Positions 56,778-64,000 of a stretch of DNA of 64,000 nucleotides are shown here, one piece after another. The translations under genes were made by a program, and so were the position numbers. This DNA comes from Eledone cirrhosa. Lineage: Eukaryota. The notes beneath the pieces are model-generated. The model made no database searches. It worked only from the letters and a program-made list of their open reading frames with translations, and was not told the DNA's origin. Numbering within the stretch: position 1 is the stretch's first letter; each line of letters begins with the position of its first letter. The stretch covers positions 79,360,001 through 79,424,000 of the forward strand of contig OZ024746.1 in assembly GCA_964016885.1 (NCBI GenBank), read 5' to 3'.

Positions 56778-57430
56778 TTTTCTTGATCTTTCTCTGTAGA
56801 TGTTTTTATGGATGAATGTAGGAACGTAATGATATAAATTGGTCTGAATATATATGTGCGTACGTGTAAGTGTTTACAATCTGAATATAAGAGAAATAAA
56901 ACATACAAACTTTAGATAAGTTAAGATATTTTAAGAGAAATGTTGAAAATATAGATAATCTAATCTTCAGAATATTTTATGTACAATTTTGCTGAAAATA
57001 AAGAACTTCGTTATTCGTCTTAAATTCTCTTTCTATCTTTCCCTTTTCTCTCTCTCTCCCTATCTTTTCCTTCTATATCACCCTTTCATGAGCTATATCG
57101 CCATCTCCCCCTCTTGCCTTTCCTCATTCTCCTCACCCTCCTACTTCAGTATCCACATATAATCTCTTCATTCATGTCCTCTTCCTTTCTATCATTCATT
57201 CCTCCTTACGGTGTCTTATGGTTTTTTTCCCATCCTTTCTAATGCTGTTGTTGTTTTTTACCTTTTCTCTCTAGCTAGAAAATTAGAGACATTTATAGAC
57301 CTATGTATAAAATAAGTTCACCCTCACCTACATAGTCTCATATTGATGTATATATATATTATTATATATATATATGTATATATATATGTATATATATATA
57401 TATGTATATATATATGTATATATATATATG

Positions 57431-57514
<84 letters not shown>

Positions 57515-57541
57515 AATATACATTATACATACATATATTAT

Positions 57542-57573
<32 letters not shown>

Positions 57574-57599
57574 TATATATAATGTATATAATATATATA

Positions 57600-57639
<40 letters not shown>

Positions 57640-57975
57640 CAGACATACATACATATACGTACAGAGAGAGAAGGGGGCAGGGAAAATGGCGGTAACAGTA
57701 TTTAATTTTATCTTCGAACATATTTGTCGACACATGCACACCAGAATACATACACTATTTCCTTACATATATGTATGTAGGTACCATGTCACAAGAGGAA
57801 AACGTTTATATCAATATGCATATTCGTAAGTATATAACTATTGATGTAATTATACATTTTCATATATACATACGCATATACATATATACATATATAGTTT
57901 TTAGAAAGCAAATGTATATTTATAGATGTATTTTTATATATGAACACAAATACACGAACACATCTACACACACAC

Positions 57976-58037
<62 letters not shown>

Positions 58038-58103
58038 AGTGTGTGTGTGTATGTATGTGTGTGTGTGTGTTGTATATATATATATATATATATATATATG
58101 TGC

Positions 58104-58139
<36 letters not shown>

Positions 58140-58201
58140 CTACATATGTACGTATATTCAGTTAGGGAAGTCAGGTTAACCATACATACATACCTCTCTC
58201 G

Positions 58202-58331
<130 letters not shown>

Positions 58332-59202
58332 TTGTTTGTGTGTGCATCTCGGTATGCATATGCGCATGTATATTTATGTGTATATGTGTGGGGGAGTTCG
58401 GAAAAAGTATGTCGATAAATTGACTACCTCTAGCAATGAGGCAAGAAGGTACAAAGAAAAGACTCCATAGCACTATACCGCCAACACCAATACAAGCATC
58501 ATTACCGCCACCATCATCGTGCCAGCCTAAACCACGACTACAATCACTAAAAAAATATTAAAAAATAAAGAATAAATAATTAAATAAATAAACTAACAAA
58601 TCAGTAAAAACAAACAAATAAAAATAGAATTAATAAAAATAAACTGAAAAAAAAACAAAAAAAAACGGTAAAAATCCCAAGTCTCCCAGAATGAGAAAAA
58701 CAAACCAAAAATAAAAATAAAATGTAAACAACAACAAGACAACAGATAAACAAAATGGCTGCCCATTATCGAAGTTTCGAGAAAAATGTTTCTACTGGAA
58801 GGGAAAGAAAATTTTTCAATCGGAAATAATTCTAGTGAAAAATGATTCATATTCCGATAGGTTTTGTTGTTGTTGTTGATGTTGTTGTATGCTGAGCTTG
58901 TTATTTTCTTTTTGAGTATATGCATTTATATACGTAGTTACACACACACACGTACATACAAATGTATATATATATATATATATATATATTTACACTCACA
59001 CAAAGACTCACTATATATATATATATATATATGTTTGTGTGTGTGTCTGTGTGTGTGTATAATACACATATGTTTATAAGATAGAAAGCTAAAGATATCG
59101 ATATATATATAATATACACATATGCATATATATATATTTATATATATATATATATATATGCATATTTATACATATATATATGCATATACATATCTGTATA
59201 TA

Positions 59203-59240
<38 letters not shown>

Positions 59241-59394
59241 TATATATATATATGTATGTATATATATATATATATATACATACATACATACATATATATA
59301 TATATTTATATATACATATAATATATATATATATGTAGGTATATACATCTAGGCATATACTTATATGTGTATGTGTAGGGATATACAAACATAT

Positions 59395-59447
<53 letters not shown>

Positions 59448-59580
59448 AAAAAATGCAACAACAAAAAATGCAGATACACATAAATATATGTACTGTCGTT
59501 AGCTTTGCTTATGTTATTGGTTTTGATGTTGTTTCAGATGTTTTTCTTGTTATTGTTACTACTGCTGCTGTCGCTGCTGC

Positions 59581-59612
<32 letters not shown>

Positions 59613-59932
59613 CTGCTGTTGCTGGTTCTGCTGCCGCGGTATCTCCACCACACACCACACCTTTTTTGCTATTGTATATTGTACATATTTTAATATCATC
59701 CCTTCATTGTCCTGTTGTTGTTGTTGTTGTCGTTGTTGTTGTTGTCACTGCTGCAGCGGTTCTTTTTGTTGTTGTTGTAGTGATTGAAGTCGATGCTTAT
59801 GACGATGGTGATGCTGTTACTGCTGCTGCTGATGATGATGATGATGAGGAGGAGGGGGAGGAGGTGGAGGATGGGGAGAGGAAGGGGTGTCATATGACGA
59901 TGATGATAATGTTGCTCATATTTATATTGTTT

Positions 59933-59972
<40 letters not shown>

Positions 59973-59978
59973 TCATAT

Positions 59979-60045
<67 letters not shown>

Positions 60046-60051
60046 TGTATA

Positions 60052-60097
<46 letters not shown>

Positions 60098-60159
60098 TGT
60101 ATATATAGTGTGTTTTGCAATACACTGTATGCTTAATTAAAAGCATTTTGAAGACCTTA

Positions 60160-60324
60160 CGCTATTGTTTTAAAGTAGTGACTATGTCACTTACTTCTTT
60201 TTTCATCAAACAAAGGGAGATAAGCTGGTAGATCTCTGTTTCATACTGTTGGTACTCCTCAGAGCTTAGCACTCCCCAACATTCATAATTTTCATCAAAC
60301 AAGGGGAGTGCTAAGCTCTGAGGA

Positions 60325-60325
<1 letters not shown>
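60160..60325 (-). mobile_element. Insert with degenerate hammerhead and 22-bp inverted repeat (family L)
   Basis: Minus strand AGCT CTGAGGA GTAC-caaca-GTAT GAAA CAG... at 60223-60266. Inverted repeat tcctcagagcttagcactcccc / ggggagtgctaagctctgagga. Confidence 0.55.
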
Positions 60326-60357
<32 letters not shown>

Positions 60358-60505
60358 TACACTTTTAATATAGAAATGGCTTCTACAGGACTAGAACCGT
60401 TTCATTCGAAGGAAAGTCTTGAGTACCATACTTACTGTGGTTACCCCCGATTAAACCCGGGAATCACACACACACACACACACACGCATATAAATATATA
60501 TACAG

Positions 60506-60611
<106 letters not shown>

Positions 60612-60746
60612 CATATATATATAAATATACATATATATATAGATACACATATATATATATATATATACATATATATATAAATACATATATATTTATATAT
60701 ATATACATATATATATACATATATATTTATATGTATATATATATAT

Positions 60747-60835
60747 GATATCACCGGATTCATACGGAACCCGGTCATTGAAATGATCATAAACGTTTCA
60801 AGGATTTACACGAGTCCAGCCTCCTGTTATTTTAT

Positions 60836-60838
<3 letters not shown>
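60747..60838 (+). mobile_element. TA-flanked insert with hammerhead 3' half
   Basis: ACCGG...CCGGT catt GAAA TGATCA TA. Confidence 0.5.
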
Positions 60839-60890
<52 letters not shown>

Positions 60891-60898
<8 letters not shown>

Positions 60899-61259
60899 AG
60901 ATCAAAAGATGGTTAAAGGAGTTCCATATATTTTATTATGCGCATTTCAAAAACAAACATCATCAAGCAATAATATTTGTGTTTTCATCAGATAAAACAG
61001 ATCAACATATGTTGATTTAAAACTGCACTATCCACAAGTGTTTTTTAGCCTTCATATCATGTTCTCCTGTTTTATCTGATGAAAACACAAATATTATTGC
61101 TTGATGATGTTTGTTTTTGAAATGCGCATAATAAAATATATGGAACTCCTTTAACCATCTTTTGATCTTATATTATGCATACTCCAGTCCCAGAAACTGT
61201 AGAGTGCTTCTTATCCGATATCTGCATTGCTTTATTGTACTACAATAAAACTCACCTCC

Positions 61260-61262
<3 letters not shown>
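60891..61262. mobile_element. Family C palindromic remnant with a hammerhead in each arm
   Basis: Arms 60891-61000 and 61067-61176 plus an 85-nt tail. Ribozymes at 60931-60997 (minus) and 61070-61136 (plus). Confidence 0.85.
61070..61136 (+). ncRNA. Type-I hammerhead ribozyme
   Basis: TTTTAT CTGATGA ..ACAAATATTAT/ATGATGTTTGT.. GAAA TGCGCA TA ATAAAA. Confidence 0.85.
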
Positions 61263-61322
<60 letters not shown>

Positions 61323-61448
61323 TGATTATATTTTTTGGCATAATGTTTATTTGTTATATCTTTGTACTTCTCACTATTGCTTTAGTGGCTGTTGTTGTTG
61401 GTGGTGGCGTTGTTGTTGTTGTCGTTGTTATTTTGTTGTTGTTGTTGT

Positions 61449-61480
<32 letters not shown>

Positions 61481-61866
61481 CTGTCGTTGTGACTTATTTT
61501 GTTTATGTTCTGCGTATTCTTGATGCTCTTGGTGTTATTGACATTTTTGTTTCTATTCTTATTCTCTCTCTTCTTCTTATTCATACTGTTGGTGTCGTTG
61601 TCTTTGTTGGGGAGATGGTAGTGGTCGTGGTTATTGCTGTTTTCGATGTTGTTGTTGCTCTTCTTCTTGTTGATATTGATGATGATGATGATGATTATGA
61701 TGATGATGATGATGGCGTTGTTGTTCTTGTTGTTTCTGATAAACATTGTATTCTGTTCAGTCTGCCGATCAGAATATTTTATAGTTGACTGTACAGAAAA
61801 ATAAAAGGCGTAAGATTTATACTCATCATACGTATAGCCACCCCCACAAACACTGTCGCACGCATA

Positions 61867-61907
<41 letters not shown>

Positions 61908-61918
61908 ATGTATATAAA

Positions 61919-61980
<62 letters not shown>

Positions 61981-62469
61981 TATATATATATGTATGTATA
62001 TATAAATATATCTATATATAAATATTTATATATATATATATGTATGTATATATATATATATGTATGTGTATATATATATATATATAAATATATATAAATA
62101 TAGTTATGTAATAAACAACATAAGACAATTATTTCGTTTATATGTATATATATATATACTCACATCGACACGCATCAACATCTCCAACGAAAACATTCTA
62201 TTTTGGGATGTCAAACGTCCAAACCCATGTATGCTTGGGGGGGGGGGTGAAAGTATTTACTCATGGACCTTCCATAGTCAACAAAATGTCTCCACATAAG
62301 ACCCCCCCCCCCCAGAAAACAACATAGTATGTACCTAAACGAAGCAGTGGTTAAATAAATGGACCCAAACCTTGATTCCCAATAAATTCAACTTAAGAGG
62401 TTGACAGAATTCCAGAACTATCTGTTTCATTAATTTCCCCAGGAATATATCGTTTAGAATTCTGTTAAA

Positions 62470-63075
62470 TACGCTTTAGTTGTGTAGGGGTGGCAGAAGA
62501 AATCCTTGCAGAAGAATAAGCAGAAAATAAGGTCATCAAAGCAGATTGTTTAGAAGTGTAGGAAATATTTGCGATAATATTATGACATCTATCACAAATC
62601 GATTGACTGCTGACAATTGAAGTACTGTATGAACACGCAAGCGGAGCAATGCGCCTGAATAACAATATCGGAGATTTCTTCAAGATAGCAGTTAAAGTTT
62701 ATTAAGATAGACTCACTTATTCAGTATTTTTGACATCTTCCAGTGGAAAGATCATACAAGGGATACTATACTCCACGCCACCATTTTAATTGAAGGACGA
62801 TATTTTTCAATATTACTGGGAGGCAGTAAATCAGGGCTTCGGGAACAAACAGACTAGAACGAGCGTTAGGAGCCTACGGAATGGAGATCGGCTCAGATAA
62901 GAGCAGCATGTTTGCCAGTAGATATAACAAGAATGCAACAGTAAGCATTATGCTGAACAGATAAAACCATAAAATCCACTTTTAACAAGACTGTCAGTTC
63001 AACAAACGAGATAAAAACAAGAATCGGCTTAGTCTCATCAGCCATGACCAAGCTTAATGAAATATAAAAGCAAAT
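62470..63075 (+). mobile_element. Old RTE-like LINE remnant
   Basis: Pieces EEILAEE*A, TIEVLYEHASGAMRLNNNIGDFF and EIKTRIGLVSSAMTKLNEI*. Confidence 0.6.
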
Positions 63076-64000
63076 CTGTCAGAAGTTGTATCGCCAGGCC
63101 GTTCATTTTTAGATTTTCAAAGGAAAGTACAACTTTTCCACGGTTTAATGTCAAAATGCACATTTGGACTCACCAAATTGAGTAAAGAGCTCTAATTATT
63201 TTTTATGTGGTTGATATTTGGCTCATACAATTTGAGTTGATCGAGAAAGAAAATATGGGTGATATTTCTTCATCTATTTCTATGACCATTAATGTATATA
63301 TGTGTGATATTGACCAGAGATTGGGATTGGTCGAGTGCAAGGCCTTTGCCCACTTAAAAAACCTTCAAAGCACATGCATTGCTTGCTCAGGATCTGTTAC
63401 AGGTTCGTGTTGTTGGCCGTAGCCTAAAATTGCCCCATTTTCTGTAATCTGACAAGCTATTGCAATACTCTTAGCAGAGTTTGTAGTCATCGTGTATGTA
63501 TTTATTATCTATGTATGCTTATATGTATTCATACAACGGCAATTAAATTTTCCGATTACAGAATTAATCAAACTTGCCTTATCGATGGACCACAGGAAAT
63601 TATTACCGTTCTAGATGTTTACGAATGTTTTCAATAATGAAATTACCTGATCTCCAATGCTAAGATATCTTATATCTTATATCTTATGTCTATCCTATCT
63701 TACATTTTTCCTTGCTTGTAACTTTTTTTGCCTGTATTCTTTGCTTGAACCTCTTACATTTCCAACCAGTGTTCCTTGTAATTGTGTTCTCTCAAGCATA
63801 ACATCTTTTTAACTGCTGATTCTATACATAATGTCTATGACACTAACAAAACTTATGTATCTGCCTAAATATTCTGAACGACTAATCATCTGTTTAGACA
63901 TTCCCTATGCTCCGATGATTCCAAACTTCCCTCTGGAAGAAACAATTGTCAGTAAATAAATGTATTAAACTAAGATTTGATTGTTTTAACACTTTGTATA

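Noticed and set aside
63600-63910. Possible minus-strand LINE 3' end with (AAGATAT)n tail
   Set aside because: Only a weak LQGTL-like peptide is visible, too degenerate to call.

Overview
AT-rich eukaryotic non-coding DNA with very dense (TA)n, (CA)n, (GA)n and (GAA)n microsatellites. The SINE sequence and repeat landscape suggest an octopus or other coleoid genome; this is recalled similarity, not a search result. I found no supportable host protein-coding exon, and almost all supplied ORFs are microsatellite translations. The window is a transposon graveyard: about 20 copies of a tRNA-derived SINE, RTE and L1/Tx1 LINE fragments, non-autonomous Helitrons, a deleted Tc1/mariner, and a decayed PIN-like/CXC gene. 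The main signal is about 30 short inserts from roughly 18 unrelated sequence families embedded in (TA)n tracts. Most carry a minimal type-I hammerhead ribozyme (CUGANGA-stem II-GAAA-palindromic stem III-UH) or its 3' half, and many are head-to-head inverted repeats. Three are linked to or lie near GIY-YIG endonuclease fragments of Penelope-like elements (PLEs). Two are non-coding tandem units (427 and 656 bp) resembling retrozymes. One 140-nt family has a near-fixed 5' end in seven of eight copies. All folds and alignments were read by eye.
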